Assembly: GCA_048405595.1 (NCBI GenBank)
Contig: DBFJOT010000056.1
Span: forward strand, 8,085 to 72,084
Reading direction: 5' to 3'
Length of the DNA stretch: 64,000 nucleotides
Source: Candidatus Onthovivens sp.
Lineage (GTDB): Bacteria > Bacillota_I > Bacilli_A > RFN20 > CAG-826
Made by a program: the position numbers and the translations under genes. Below the pieces are notes generated by a model. It made no database searches. It was not told where the DNA came from and saw only the letters and a list, made by a program, of their open reading frames with translations. This document shows, in pieces, positions 50,869-61,838 of the stretch (position 1 is its first letter; the number at the start of each line of letters is the position of its first letter).

Positions 50869-53622
50869 TTATTCGATACTTTTTAGTGATTCGGACATTG
50901 AGATTTTGTTTACTCTTGTAGAAATAATTAAGTTAGCAACAAGAGCTGTAACAACACTTATTAAGAAGGAAATTAAATAAGTAATTGGAAAAATCACATA
51001 TTTCCAGTCGATAAGTTCAACTTGGTTAATACCTAATGTTAGCATTTCTAATGGCAATCCAATAACCATACCTAATAAAGAGCCTATAACAGTCAAGATC
51101 ATAACTTCATAAATCAAGCTTGAAGCAATTTCGAATCTAGAGAAACCTAGAACTCTTAAAGTTGCTATGTCACGCTTTCTTTCATTGAAATTTAAGATCG
51201 CTAAATTAATTAAAACAACTACAGCAAGTAAAATAGCAAATATTTTAATTGTTAACGTCATTTGACCAACGCTTGACATATAACCATCAATTTTTTCGAT
51301 ATTTTCATCATATGTCATTGCGCTATAAACAGCAGGGCATTTTTCAAGAATTTGAGATTTAATTTCTTCCGGCTTATATCCTTCTTTTACATCAACCCAA
51401 ACATTTGTCGGACTCTTGTTATACTCTTCGCTTCCTTCTCTATAGAAGAAAACACCATTCGCTGAGAACGCATAAAAGATTTTATCGATTTCATATTGAG
51501 TAGGTTTTCCACCCATTGTTAAAGTGATTGTTTCACCTTCTTTTACTCCGAGTTTTTTAGCTTTTTGCTCCGTGAGGGCAATTTTATTTTTATCCCAATG
51601 TCCGCCTTCTAATTCATCATCATATTTAAAGAAGTTTGAATTCATTGAGATATAATAAACAGCAGAATTAATCGAAGCGGTTTTACTTGAAACTTGACCT
51701 TGTGAAATCGTATATTCTTCTGCCTTATCCACTCCTTCGATTTGAAGAATTTGATTTTTTGCATCATCAGGATTTAAACCTGAATTTAATGAAATTGTTA
51801 AATCACTTCCTAGGAAGTTAGCGATTTCTCTGTCTTTACCATAATTGATAGTGTCGTCAATTCCCATTCCACAAATTAATAGTCCTGTGCAACCCATGAC
51901 CCCAATAATTACCATTATTGATTTAGTAGCATGCACTTTAATATTTCTAAAAGTCATCATCAAAGAAGTGTTTTTAATAGTTTTTTTATTGGCTTTTAGT
52001 TTTAAATTAGGAGTTGACGTTCTCATAGATTCAGCTGCACATAACTTTAATTCTTTTCTAATAAGCAAATAAGTTAATGAAATTACTAATCCTGAAATCA
52101 ATAACCAAACTATTAAAGTTACAAGTCCTGGGAATACATATGTTAAAGGTGGAATTGTATATAAAATCGAATATTTAATATTTAACACATTAGGAATAAT
52201 CACTGGTCCAATTAAGCAGCCCAGTAAAACACCAATTGTTGCAACAACTAGCATTATCGTTGAATAATAAACAAAGATTTTTGTTTTGCCAACTCCAAGC
52301 GCCTTCATTGTTCCGATTTGTGTTCTTTCTCTAATGATAAGTTGAGCAATTGTAGTTAAAACAATAAGTAAAGCGACAACAAAGAATATGATTGGGAAAA
52401 CAAAAGTTAATTGTTTTGCTTGAGTGATGTCATTAATAATTCCTGCAATAGAAGCATTGGTTTTTCTATCCATTACAATAAGAAGATTATTGTTCTCTTT
52501 ATTTTTATAATAGTTATTTATTTGATTAACTATTGTATCTCGATCAATACTTTTATCAACACAAATAACAATTTGATTATATAAATGAGTTAATACATCT
52601 TCTACAAATTTATTAGATTTATGATTAACAGCAAACTTAATATCACTAACCACTAAATGGATGAGTGTATCGATATATACAGCGTTTTGATTTATGAATT
52701 CAATGACTTTATCAAGTAAATTTAAAACACTTTCATTATCTTGAACTGAATCTTTAACATTATTAATTGATTCAATTAAATGAGTTGAATTTACTTGAGC
52801 ACCTAAATCGCTAACAATTGAATTAACCAAAAGCCTAGAACTAAGCAAATAATTAGAAGAAGAAAATGTCCCATTTTCAACATTCTCTGGATGTTGCATG
52901 ATTCCATTTACTTTTAAATCATAAGTAACACTATCTTCTTTTAAATATTGGTTGCTTACATCAAGGAGGACTTGTTGAACTACTGAAATATTGCTATTTA
53001 AAATTTGAACAAGCAACTTCTTTAAAGTTTCATCAAGATCTAAATTTTCTAATAACGATGAAACAATACTTTTTACCGTTTCTTCATCATTTAAAACATT
53101 ATTTACAAGTACTTTTAACGTTTCAGTTTGAAGTGAAACAGGTAAAGAGTCACCTAATGCAAAATTTTTACCAGTTAAAGTTTTATATTTGGCAATAAGA
53201 GTTTCATCAACAAAGAAGAAATTATTGTCATTATATTGATTAGAAGAAAAAGATCCTGGTTTATTTATTGTTGGGAAAGTATCACTAATTAATCCATTAA
53301 CACTATAAGAAAGAATGTTTGAAGGCAAAAATAATCTAGTTTCACTTTTACTTTCTTTTCCAGCAACAGACTTAACGAAATTTAAATCACTATCCATTTG
53401 TTCTAAGTTATCTAATTCAGGTGTGACTGTTACCCATAAATCACTTAAGTTACCATCATTAAAAACTTTATTAACTCTATTTTCAAACCCTTGAGCGTTA
53501 GCTTCAAGACCGATATATAAAGTACAAGAGATTGCAACGATAAAAATAATTGATATAAATTGCTTAATGTTTCTAAAAATATCTCTAAAGCACTTTTTCA
53601 ATAATACTTTGATGAATCTCAT
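50869..53622 (-). CDS. ABC transporter permease with duplicated FtsX modules
   Basis: 917 aa. The pattern TM, large extracytoplasmic domain, 3 TM occurs twice. RERTQIGTMKALGV and ERKRDIATLRVLGF FtsX motifs. Confidence 0.85.
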   Translation of the reverse strand: MRFIKVLLKKCFRDIFRNIKQFISIIFIVAISCTLYIGLEANAQGFENRVNKVFNDGNLSDLWVTVTPELDNLEQMDSDLNFVKSVAGKESKSETRLFLPSNILSYSVNGLISDTFPTINKPGSFSSNQYNDNNFFFVDETLIAKYKTLTGKNFALGDSLPVSLQTETLKVLVNNVLNDEETVKSIVSSLLENLDLDETLKKLLVQILNSNISVVQQVLLDVSNQYLKEDSVTYDLKVNGIMQHPENVENGTFSSSNYLLSSRLLVNSIVSDLGAQVNSTHLIESINNVKDSVQDNESVLNLLDKVIEFINQNAVYIDTLIHLVVSDIKFAVNHKSNKFVEDVLTHLYNQIVICVDKSIDRDTIVNQINNYYKNKENNNLLIVMDRKTNASIAGIINDITQAKQLTFVFPIIFFVVALLIVLTTIAQLIIRERTQIGTMKALGVGKTKIFVYYSTIMLVVATIGVLLGCLIGPVIIPNVLNIKYSILYTIPPLTYVFPGLVTLIVWLLISGLVISLTYLLIRKELKLCAAESMRTSTPNLKLKANKKTIKNTSLMMTFRNIKVHATKSIMVIIGVMGCTGLLICGMGIDDTINYGKDREIANFLGSDLTISLNSGLNPDDAKNQILQIEGVDKAEEYTISQGQVSSKTASINSAVYYISMNSNFFKYDDELEGGHWDKNKIALTEQKAKKLGVKEGETITLTMGGKPTQYEIDKIFYAFSANGVFFYREGSEEYNKSPTNVWVDVKEGYKPEEIKSQILEKCPAVYSAMTYDENIEKIDGYMSSVGQMTLTIKIFAILLAVVVLINLAILNFNERKRDIATLRVLGFSRFEIASSLIYEVMILTVIGSLLGMVIGLPLEMLTLGINQVELIDWKYVIFPITYLISFLISVVTALVANLIISTRVNKISMSESLKSIE

Positions 53623-53625
53623 ACG

Positions 53626-54345
53626 TTACCACTTGATATCTTCGACTTTTTTAGGATTTTTAATCACTAAATTACTTACAACTTTACCATCTTGAATTTC
53701 TATAATTCTATCAGCACAAACTGTAAGTGCACGGTTATGGGTAACAACAATAACTGTTTTTTGTTCTTCTTTAGCAACTTTATATAAAAGATTTAAAATT
53801 TGAGCACCTGTTTTGCTATCAAGAGCTCCCGTTGGTTCGTCACAAAGTAAAAGTGTTGGATTTTTAACTAAAGCTCTTGCTATTGCAACTCTTTGTTGTT
53901 GTCCTCCACTTAATTGAGAAGGAAAATTTTTAGCTTTGTCTTTTAATCCAACTAATTCGAGCATTTTTAAAGCATCATAATGTTTATCAACTAATGAACT
54001 TGCGATATAAACATTTTCATAAGCAGTTAATGATGGCATTAAGTTATAAAACTGGAATACAAATCCAATATCGTTACGTCTAAATTTGCTCAATTCTTTC
54101 TCATTCATTTTAGTAACATTTTTTCCATCTAAAATGTAATCGCCGCTTGTTGCTTTATCCATTCCACCTAAAATATTTAATAAAGTAGATTTCCCAGCAC
54201 CACTAGGACCTAAAACAAATACAAGTTCACCTTTATTGACCGAAAAACTTGCATTATCTAAAGCTTTTACTTCAGCTTCGTCTTTTTTACTATTGCCATA
54301 AACTTTTGATAAATTTTTAACAACTAGTTGTCTATTTTCATCCAT
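53626..54345 (-). CDS. ABC transporter ATP-binding protein (MacB/LolD-like)
   Basis: 239 aa from MDENRQ (SD gggggtgga). [34 protein letters not shown]. The TTG at 54375 was rejected because it overlaps cls. Confidence 0.9.
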   Translation of the reverse strand: MDENRQLVVKNLSKVYGNSKKDEAEVKALDNASFSVNKGELVFVLGPSGAGKSTLLNILGGMDKATSGDYILDGKNVTKMNEKELSKFRRNDIGFVFQFYNLMPSLTAYENVYIASSLVDKHYDALKMLELVGLKDKAKNFPSQLSGGQQQRVAIARALVKNPTLLLCDEPTGALDSKTGAQILNLLYKVAKEEQKTVIVVTHNRALTVCADRIIEIQDGKVVSNLVIKNPKKVEDIKW

Positions 54346-54358
54346 AACTTCCACCCCC

Positions 54359-55954
54359 TTAGAATAACGGAACAATAATTCTTAAAAACGCCCAACCAAT
54401 TCTTTTCCAAATCGACTTATTTAAATATTCATTTGCACTTTGTGGTTTACCAGCTTCTATCATTCCATCAAAGTCTTTTTTCATATCTAAAACTACCGAT
54501 GAATTCGCGATAAATACACAATTTTCAAATTGTAGATATAAACTTCTTAAGTCGAAATTACATGTACCTGTTAAACCTAATTCATCATCGCAAACCATCA
54601 TTTTTGTATGATTAAATCCTGGTGTATATTCATAAATTTTAACACCACAAGAAAGTAACTTTGCATAATAACTTCTTGTGGCATTAAAAACCATCTTTTT
54701 ATCTGGAATTCCTGGAGTGATAATGCGAACATCAACTCCACTTTTAGCTGCATTTTGTAAAGCGGTTAAAAGTTCATTATCTGGAATTAAATATGGTGTA
54801 GTTAAATAGCAATATCTTTTTGCTCTACTGATCATTCCTAAATAAACATCTCTACAAGTATCTTCACCATCAAAAGGAGTTTCGCCAAAAGGTTGGAAAT
54901 ACCCATCATCTTTTAACTCGATTTCTGGATGGAGATTTTTATTATTTTCAAAATGGAATAATTTAGAATCTTCTGGATTCTTAAAATTGGAATTTAAAGC
55001 CCAGGAAGTTAAAAATACGTTAGTTAAACCGTTAACTCCTTCACCTTTTAGCATGATAATGTTATCTTTCCAAACGCCAAAACGTTCTACTTTATTGATG
55101 TATTCATCAGCCAAATTACATCCTCCAGTAAAACCAACGCATCCATCGATAACTAATATTTTTCTATGGTCACGATTATTTTGTCTAATATCAACAAAAG
55201 GTCTAACTCTATTAAAAGCAAAGCATTTTATTCCATCTCTTCTAACTTCTTCAAAGAATTGAGCTTCGATTTTTGAAGCAGCTCCAAAATCATCATAAAT
55301 AAATCTTACATCTAATCCTTCATGAGCTTTTTCTTTTAAAATGTTGTAAATAGAATCAAAAAATTCACCTCTTTCGATAATATAATATTCAATGAAAATG
55401 AATTTTTTAGCTTTTTTAAGTTCTTCGATCATTTTTGGAAAACCAAGTTCTCCAAATTCGAAATATTCACTTGTAGTATTTTTATAAACACCACTTAAAG
55501 CACTTTTATAAATTCCTCTTGAAATGAAATAAGCTTCTACATTAACTGTCTTTAATTCATTTAGAGTTTCAGTTGTATCATCAACACTTTCCATGAGTTG
55601 AATGTTAATTTTATTAATGCGTCTTCTTTTTAAACCATTTGTCGTAACTTTTTGTGCAAATAAAATATAAAGAAAAGCACCTACAAATGGTAAACATAAC
55701 AAAATAGTCAACCAACTAACTTTGAAGTCGACTTGAACGTCACTATTTGCAATAAAGACACCGCAAACCATATCAAGAATTAGCAAAATAAGTAAAGAAA
55801 CATAATATGAAGCAACATAATCTTGGCTCATCAAAAGAAGCGTTAAAGGCACTACGACTAAAAGTGTACCAAGTAAAAACGCTAAGCCAGAAATTACAAC
55901 ACGTAATCCTTTAATTTTTTTCTTTGGTTTTTTAATTTTATCGACGTTTTTCAT
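54359..55954 (-). CDS. cls: Cardiolipin synthase (PLD superfamily)
   Basis: 531 aa. N-terminal TM helices and two HKD motifs (HRKILVIDG, HTKMMVCDD). Confidence 0.92.
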   Translation of the reverse strand: MKNVDKIKKPKKKIKGLRVVISGLAFLLGTLLVVVPLTLLLMSQDYVASYYVSLLILLILDMVCGVFIANSDVQVDFKVSWLTILLCLPFVGAFLYILFAQKVTTNGLKRRRINKINIQLMESVDDTTETLNELKTVNVEAYFISRGIYKSALSGVYKNTTSEYFEFGELGFPKMIEELKKAKKFIFIEYYIIERGEFFDSIYNILKEKAHEGLDVRFIYDDFGAASKIEAQFFEEVRRDGIKCFAFNRVRPFVDIRQNNRDHRKILVIDGCVGFTGGCNLADEYINKVERFGVWKDNIIMLKGEGVNGLTNVFLTSWALNSNFKNPEDSKLFHFENNKNLHPEIELKDDGYFQPFGETPFDGEDTCRDVYLGMISRAKRYCYLTTPYLIPDNELLTALQNAAKSGVDVRIITPGIPDKKMVFNATRSYYAKLLSCGVKIYEYTPGFNHTKMMVCDDELGLTGTCNFDLRSLYLQFENCVFIANSSVVLDMKKDFDGMIEAGKPQSANEYLNKSIWKRIGWAFLRIIVPLF

Positions 55955-56140
55955 AACAATATTATTATAACAATTAGTTAATTTATATTCTTATAAAACG
56001 GACATTTTTTTCATTTGAAACTAAATTAGAGTTTAAAATTTTTTAAATGATATTATTTCTATTCTTCTAGCGCTAAATAGGTGCCAAAAATATGTTTAGT
56101 TTAGCAAAAAATCTAGTTTTAATTTTAAAGATCGAAATAT

Positions 56141-56212
56141 AAAAAAGAGCTTCGTAATGTAAGCAGGTTCTCTTAAATTTAATTTCTTATAACCTACCTT
56201 CTTCACGAAGCT
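56141..56212 (-). terminator. Terminator-like long hairpin after the HAD gene
   Basis: agcttcgt / acgaagct outer stem with an inner gtaggtt/aacctgc helix, then U6 on the minus strand. Confidence 0.4.
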
Positions 56213-56222
56213 TCATATAAAA

Positions 56223-56870
56223 TTAATTTTCTTTTTTAATAAATTCATAGAATTCATCGAATGAATCTACGATTGGAGCATTAGTTTTTTCTAACACCTT
56301 TCTTGAGTTATGTCCTTTTGTATATAAAACAGGTTTTAACCCAAGAGCTTCAGCAACTTCAAAGTCGTGATATGTATCTCCTATCATAACTGTTGATGAA
56401 GGTTCAATGTTATTCTCTTTTATAAAGAGTTTTCCATAGTCAATTTTTCCTAAAGCAAGGACATTTTTACAAGCTACAATGGCATCGAAATATTCTAAGA
56501 TACCCAATTGCTCAAGTTGGAGTTTTAAAATGTTTTCTTCGGAAGCAGATAAGATATAAAGTTTATATCCATCCTTTTTGAATTTTTCTAAATTTCTTTT
56601 AACGCCTTCATTTAAAGATGTTTCTTTTTCTTGTCTATTTGTATAAGCAGTGAAGAAAGTATTTGATAATCTTTGAAAATTAGAGTCACTAACATCAAAT
56701 CCAACAAGTTCATAATATTTTTTAACTGGGAAACAGAAATTATCTAAGTAGAATTCTAAATCTGCAGTAGGTAAATTTTCTGCTTTAAGCATTTCTGATT
56801 CGATATCGAAACATAGCTTAGTATCGTTTAAAAGGGTACCGTTAAAGTCGAAAAATATATTTTTAATCAT
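56223..56870 (-). CDS. HAD-family phosphatase (phosphoglycolate phosphatase-like)
   Basis: 215 aa with FFDFNGTLLND and GDTYHD motifs. 1-nt overlap with the upstream stop. Confidence 0.8.
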   Translation of the reverse strand: MIKNIFFDFNGTLLNDTKLCFDIESEMLKAENLPTADLEFYLDNFCFPVKKYYELVGFDVSDSNFQRLSNTFFTAYTNRQEKETSLNEGVKRNLEKFKKDGYKLYILSASEENILKLQLEQLGILEYFDAIVACKNVLALGKIDYGKLFIKENNIEPSSTVMIGDTYHDFEVAEALGLKPVLYTKGHNSRKVLEKTNAPIVDSFDEFYEFIKKEN

Positions 56871-58132
56871 TATCTAGAACCTAATGCCCTTTCAATATCG
56901 TCAATTTCTTTAATAATTGAACCGCTAAGATTGTAACTTCCATCTTCAGTAACTAAAATATCATCTTCAATACGAACACCAATACCTAATTCTTTGAAAT
57001 ATAAGCCTGGTTCATCAGTAATAACATTTCCTGGAACTAAAGGTAAATTACGATCAGCTGGGTCATGTGTATCTAAACCGAGGTGATGTCCAATTGAGTG
57101 GAAATAATATTTTCTAATTTCGCTTTCATTTTGGATGAGACCTGCTTTTACACATTCTTTAGCCATAAAATTTGTAGCAATGTCATTAAGTTCTTTGATC
57201 GTGATTCCAGGTTTAATGGTGTCAATGATTAATTTATTACATTCAAGAACAATAGTGTAGATCGTTCTTTGTAAATCACTAAATCTACCATTAGCTGGAT
57301 AAGTTCTTGAGATGTCTCCGCAATAGAAATTGTTTTGACTTCCTAAATCAAACAAGACTAAATCTCCATCTTTAATTTTTGCTAAAGGTGTTGGGTAATG
57401 TAAGCATGTTGCATTAACTCCACTAGCACAAATTGTTGGAAAACTTAATTCACTGAAATCATAATCTTGGATTGTGTAATAGAATAAACTCGAAAGTTGA
57501 TATTCATAAAGTCCTGGTCTAATTTTCTTTAAGATATTTTTTAATCCGATATTAGTTTTATTAATAGCTTCTTTAAGTTCAGCGATTTCGTCTTTACTTT
57601 TAACCATTCTTAAAGAAACAATTTTTGAATAAACATCTTCAACTTCAAGCCAAGGATAATTTAATTTAAGAATATCTTTTGTTTCTTCAACAGTTTTAAA
57701 TCCTTCAATGATATTTTCAGGTTCTAAATCAAAGTAAATCATTGAAATTCTTTCAAAAGAGCTATCTTTTTTCTTTAAGATGAGATCTAATTCGCTTTCA
57801 AATGCATTTAAATACATGACATTATCGATGCCACTTAATGCTCTAGCTTCATCACTAGTTAATCTTTTGCCGGTCCATTTCTCTTTAAGTTCGTCATATT
57901 CACTAACGAATAAATATTCTTTAATGATTCCATCTTGCTTAGCAACAAAAAGAATCGAACCTTCTTGTTTGACTCCAGTTAAATAATAGAAATTTTTGTT
58001 TACACAGAAGTCATAAGTTTCATCTGCACTTTTCTTTTTTGCTACACCAGCATAAAGAATTAAGACGGAATTATCTTTTAAGCAATCGTAAAGTTTTTCT
58101 CTTCTTTCGATAATTTCTTTAACTTGAATCAT
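56870..58132 (-). CDS. Xaa-Pro aminopeptidase/dipeptidase (M24B)
   Basis: 420 aa. Creatinase-like N-domain plus HSIGHHLGLDTHD and EPGLY..GIGVRIED metal-ligand blocks. Confidence 0.88.
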   Translation of the reverse strand: MIQVKEIIERREKLYDCLKDNSVLILYAGVAKKKSADETYDFCVNKNFYYLTGVKQEGSILFVAKQDGIIKEYLFVSEYDELKEKWTGKRLTSDEARALSGIDNVMYLNAFESELDLILKKKDSSFERISMIYFDLEPENIIEGFKTVEETKDILKLNYPWLEVEDVYSKIVSLRMVKSKDEIAELKEAINKTNIGLKNILKKIRPGLYEYQLSSLFYYTIQDYDFSELSFPTICASGVNATCLHYPTPLAKIKDGDLVLFDLGSQNNFYCGDISRTYPANGRFSDLQRTIYTIVLECNKLIIDTIKPGITIKELNDIATNFMAKECVKAGLIQNESEIRKYYFHSIGHHLGLDTHDPADRNLPLVPGNVITDEPGLYFKELGIGVRIEDDILVTEDGSYNLSGSIIKEIDDIERALGSR

Positions 58133-58135
58133 AAA

Positions 58136-58960
58136 CTATTCCTCAAGTGCTTTAACAATTTCTTTAACTTCAGGCATTAAATCAACGATATCTTCGGCGC
58201 TTCCTTTATCTATTAAATTAGCAACTGATTGTCTAATTGGTAATTTAGTAATAGCTTTTGTGCCTGTTGACTTAGTAAATTCTTCAAGTTTTGAAGGTCC
58301 ATAAATTTCGATATGTTCATTACATTTTGGACATTCAACATAACTCATATTTTCAACAATACCGATAATTGGAATATTCATCATCTTAGCCATGTTAACT
58401 GCTTTTTTAACAATTAAGGAAACTAAATCTTGAGGTGAAGTTACAATAATAATGCCATCTAAAGGAATTGATTGGAATGTAGTTAACGTTACATCACTTG
58501 TTCCTGGTGGCATATCAATTAATAAATATTCAAGTTCGCCCCAAGCAACTTCTGTATAAAATTGTTTTAATAATTGGCAAACAAGTCCGCCTCTCCAAAT
58601 AATTGGATCTTCTTCATTTTCTAAAAGTAAATTTGATGAAATGATTTTAATTCCACCTTCACTAATTGCAGGAACGATGTGTTGATTTTCATTTCCGTAA
58701 GCATTTTCATGAATATTAAAAGAATTTGGAATAGAAGGACCAACAATATCACCATCTAAAATTCCTACTTTTTTACCTTCTTTATTTAAAGCGCTAGCAA
58801 TTAAAGAAGTAACAAAACTTTTTCCGACACCACCTTTGCCACTAACAACAGCGATAGTTTTCTTAATTTTTGATTCTTCGTTTAATTTAACTTTTTCGAT
58901 TCTTGAACTGCAGCCCTCAACACCGCAAGATTCGCAGTTATGATTACAACTTTCACTCAT
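58136..58960 (-). CDS. mrp: Mrp/NBP35/ApbC-family Fe-S cluster carrier ATPase
   Basis: 274 aa with SGKGGVGKS deviant Walker A, CPKC motif and an N-terminal Cys-rich CNHNCESCGVEGC. Confidence 0.88.
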   Translation of the reverse strand: MSESCNHNCESCGVEGCSSRIEKVKLNEESKIKKTIAVVSGKGGVGKSFVTSLIASALNKEGKKVGILDGDIVGPSIPNSFNIHENAYGNENQHIVPAISEGGIKIISSNLLLENEEDPIIWRGGLVCQLLKQFYTEVAWGELEYLLIDMPPGTSDVTLTTFQSIPLDGIIIVTSPQDLVSLIVKKAVNMAKMMNIPIIGIVENMSYVECPKCNEHIEIYGPSKLEEFTKSTGTKAITKLPIRQSVANLIDKGSAEDIVDLMPEVKEIVKALEE

Positions 58961-58961
58961 A

Positions 58962-59573
58962 TTAATCTATTTCCTTTCTGTAAACGTAATTTATTTTTCC
59001 GATTAAATCTAACTTCCCATAATACAAAGAAGTTAAATCTTCATTAAAGTCATTAGGGGTTAAAAAATCTACAATTATTTTATCATTAAAAGCAGTATTT
59101 ATAACTATAAAACCCATCCTTTTTAAATAATTAATGAACGTTTGATAAAAATCTATTTCTAGTTGTACTCGATACTTCATCATTTCAATAAGTTCGACTT
59201 TTTTACTAGCATTTATTACCTCAGTAGCACTTTTTAAATACGTTCTTAAAAGTCTTCCACTTCCTAAAAGTGTTCCACCAAAATATCTAACGACTACAAC
59301 TAATGTATTTGTAAGATTTGCGTTATGTAATTGGCCTAAAATCGGTTTTCCAGCTGTGCCTTGAGGTTCACCATCATCGCTATATTTTTCTTGTCCTTCA
59401 TAAACGAGGCCATAACAATAATGTCTAGCTTTTGGATATTCTTTTTTTGAATCGTTTAAAAAAGTTTCAAGCTGACTAATGTCAGTTAATGGATACGCAA
59501 TCGCTATAAATTTAGATTTTTCAACTTCTAACGAATAAACTGTCTTTTCTTTAATAGTTAAATTATTTTTCAT
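58962..59573 (-). CDS. yigZ: YigZ/IMPACT-family protein
   Basis: 203 aa with the SDDGEPQGTAGKPIL and RYFGGTLLG blocks typical of UPF0029/YigZ. Confidence 0.85.
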   Translation of the reverse strand: MKNNLTIKEKTVYSLEVEKSKFIAIAYPLTDISQLETFLNDSKKEYPKARHYCYGLVYEGQEKYSDDGEPQGTAGKPILGQLHNANLTNTLVVVVRYFGGTLLGSGRLLRTYLKSATEVINASKKVELIEMMKYRVQLEIDFYQTFINYLKRMGFIVINTAFNDKIIVDFLTPNDFNEDLTSLYYGKLDLIGKINYVYRKEID

Positions 59574-59601
59574 AACAATATTTTATTATATAATAATAAC
59601 C

Positions 59602-60486
59602 ATGAAAGAAAAAATTAAGTGCAAAAAGTGTGGTCTATTAATTGACGAAGATTTAAAAACTTGTCCATATTGTGGTTATGCTCAAGACAACGAAAACGAA
59701 GAAAAAAAGGAAACCATAACTCCAGAAGTTCTTACTGTTGACAAAAAAGAAAAAATCGGTTTCTTTGATTTTCCTAGTCGTCAACTAGAAATAACCCCTC
59801 AAAAGTCTATTATTTTATTTTTAGTCGGATTTTTAGGGCTAAAATTTCTAGGCGAATTAGCAAAAATAATATTTGCTGTTTTACCTAATTTAGGATTTTT
59901 AAATGGCATCGAAGGTCAAGCAACAATCAATTTTGTTCTCTACTTCTTCTTGTTTGGATTCTTACTTTTTGTCTTAAATTCCGACGTATTAAAGTTTTCA
60001 AAAGATTTTGCTAAAGGAAAAACTTATCTTAACGGAATCATGTATGGTTTCTTCATGATAATTGTTTCAAGTGCTGTAGGTTCAATTTTTAGACTTTTAG
60101 ATCCTAGTACTGGAACTAACGCTAATGAGGCTGGAGTTGATTCAATTACAAGCATGTTTCCATTTTTATCACTAATTGTCTTCGGCTTTATCGGACCAAT
60201 ATGTGAAGAATTTACTTATAGAGCTGGATTATTCAATGCTCTTAAAAAATTAAATAGATACGCTGCTTATTTTGGTACTGCAATTATATTTGGCTTAATT
60301 CACTTCAACTTCGCATCTTTTATTAATGGAACTTATATTACTGAACTTATAAATTTACCAACATATATTGTTAGTGGTTTACTTTTATGCTATTTCTACG
60401 AATATGGTGGTTTAGCTGCAAGTATTACTGCTCACGTCACAAATAACGTTTTTGCTGTTTTCCTACAAATCATTGCTGGTATTTAA
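59602..60486 (+). CDS. Zinc-ribbon + CPBP (CAAX) family intramembrane protease
   Basis: 294 aa. N-terminal CKKCG...CPYCG. CPBP motifs EEFTYRAG, FGLIHF and HVTNN. Confidence 0.85.
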   Translation: MKEKIKCKKCGLLIDEDLKTCPYCGYAQDNENEEKKETITPEVLTVDKKEKIGFFDFPSRQLEITPQKSIILFLVGFLGLKFLGELAKIIFAVLPNLGFLNGIEGQATINFVLYFFLFGFLLFVLNSDVLKFSKDFAKGKTYLNGIMYGFFMIIVSSAVGSIFRLLDPSTGTNANEAGVDSITSMFPFLSLIVFGFIGPICEEFTYRAGLFNALKKLNRYAAYFGTAIIFGLIHFNFASFINGTYITELINLPTYIVSGLLLCYFYEYGGLAASITAHVTNNVFAVFLQIIAGI

Positions 60487-60488
60487 TC

Positions 60489-61376
60489 ATGAAAAAGATT
60501 TTATCTTCATTCTATCTAAAGCTCATAGCTATCATTTCAATGACTTTTGATCATCTTGGCAAAACGCTTTTATTATTTTATCCACGTAATGAGATAATTC
60601 AATTGATAGAACCAGTATTTTCCATCATTGGAAGACTAGCTTTTCCGATTTTTATATTTTTAATCATTGAAGGGTTTTATCACACTAAAGACATTAAAAA
60701 ATATTTTATAAGAATCGGAAGCATGGCTTTATTAATGTTAATAGGATTTTTAAGTATCGCTTTCATTCCGAATTTTACTGGTACAAGTAACTTAATAAAT
60801 TATGGAAATATATTTGTAGATTTATTAATCGTTTTATCATTTTTATATTTTATAAATAGTGAAAACAAATACTTTAAGTTAATCAGTTTAATTCCTATCA
60901 CTTATTCAATTATATTTTTATTAATTCAAAGTAATATAATTTCAATAAGTAACGGGAACATATTAAAACTACTTGCTGGATTTGCTCCACAATATAGTTT
61001 TATTACACCTTTAATTTTGTTCATGTACGCCTTATTAACAGCATTTAGAAATTATTATTTCATGAAAAGAATCGGTAACGAAGTCAACGCCTCTAACATT
61101 TTTAGAATTGAGACTTTTGATTCAAGAAGTAATATTTTCTCGATGATTATCGCGTTTTTGACAATTATCATGACTATCTTAACGTTCGCAAGCGGATTAA
61201 ATTTAAATACGAACTTTGTTATTAATACATATTTCATATTCGCAATAATTCCTATTATGCTTTATAACGGTAACATCGGTTATACGAACAAAATTATTAA
61301 GAGTGCATTTTATTTGTACTATCCTTTATCTCTTTGTATCATTTATTTGATAGTATATTTAACAACAATAATTTGA
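60489..61376 (+). CDS. TraX-family membrane protein
   Basis: 295 aa with N-terminal LKLIAIISMTFDHLG, typical of TraX; polytopic. Confidence 0.75.
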   Translation: MKKILSSFYLKLIAIISMTFDHLGKTLLLFYPRNEIIQLIEPVFSIIGRLAFPIFIFLIIEGFYHTKDIKKYFIRIGSMALLMLIGFLSIAFIPNFTGTSNLINYGNIFVDLLIVLSFLYFINSENKYFKLISLIPITYSIIFLLIQSNIISISNGNILKLLAGFAPQYSFITPLILFMYALLTAFRNYYFMKRIGNEVNASNIFRIETFDSRSNIFSMIIAFLTIIMTILTFASGLNLNTNFVINTYFIFAIIPIMLYNGNIGYTNKIIKSAFYLYYPLSLCIIYLIVYLTTII

Positions 61377-61408
61377 TAAATAAACTCTATCTAATAAGGA
61401 GGTAAAAT

Positions 61409-61720
61409 ATGTTAATTCACTTAGGAAACCAATCACAATTTGAAAACGTTATAAAAGAAGGTGTCGTTCTAGTCGACTTCTTTGCTACATGGTGTGGTCC
61501 ATGCAAAATGCTTTCACCAGAACTCGAAAAATTAGCTGAAGATGATAAAGATATCAATGTTGTTAAAGTTGATATTGATGAATTTAATCAATTAGCTGCT
61601 GAATACGACGTTAGAGCAGTTCCAACATTAATTCTTTTTAAAGATGGAAAACCTGTTTCAAAAGGAATGGGATTTAAACCATTACCAAGCTTAAAACAAT
61701 TCGTTAACCAAGCTAAATAA
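61409..61720 (+). CDS. trxA: Thioredoxin
   Basis: 103 aa with the WCGPC active site. SD aaggagg. Confidence 0.96.
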   Translation: MLIHLGNQSQFENVIKEGVVLVDFFATWCGPCKMLSPELEKLAEDDKDINVVKVDIDEFNQLAAEYDVRAVPTLILFKDGKPVSKGMGFKPLPSLKQFVNQAK

Positions 61721-61734
61721 TAATTTTGATCGCT

Positions 61735-61770
61735 AAAGGGTTTAAGATTTATCTTACGCCCTTTTTATTT
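61735..61770 (+). terminator. trxA terminator
   Basis: aaaggg...taagat/atctta...cccttt hairpin followed by a T-run. Confidence 0.55.
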
Positions 61771-61838
61771 TGGTTTATTAAACTTTTTTAGCACACAAAA
61801 GAATTTAGATAAGTCAGATTTCAACTTACCTAATTTTA

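Noticed and set aside
56092-56142. 16-aa hydrophobic mini-ORF (MFSLAKNLVLILKIEI) with a GGTG 9 nt upstream, considered as a possible type I toxin-like peptide.
   Set aside because: Too short to support from sequence alone. No antisense RNA features or flanking structure were recognised, and a chance ORF is likely in AT-rich DNA.
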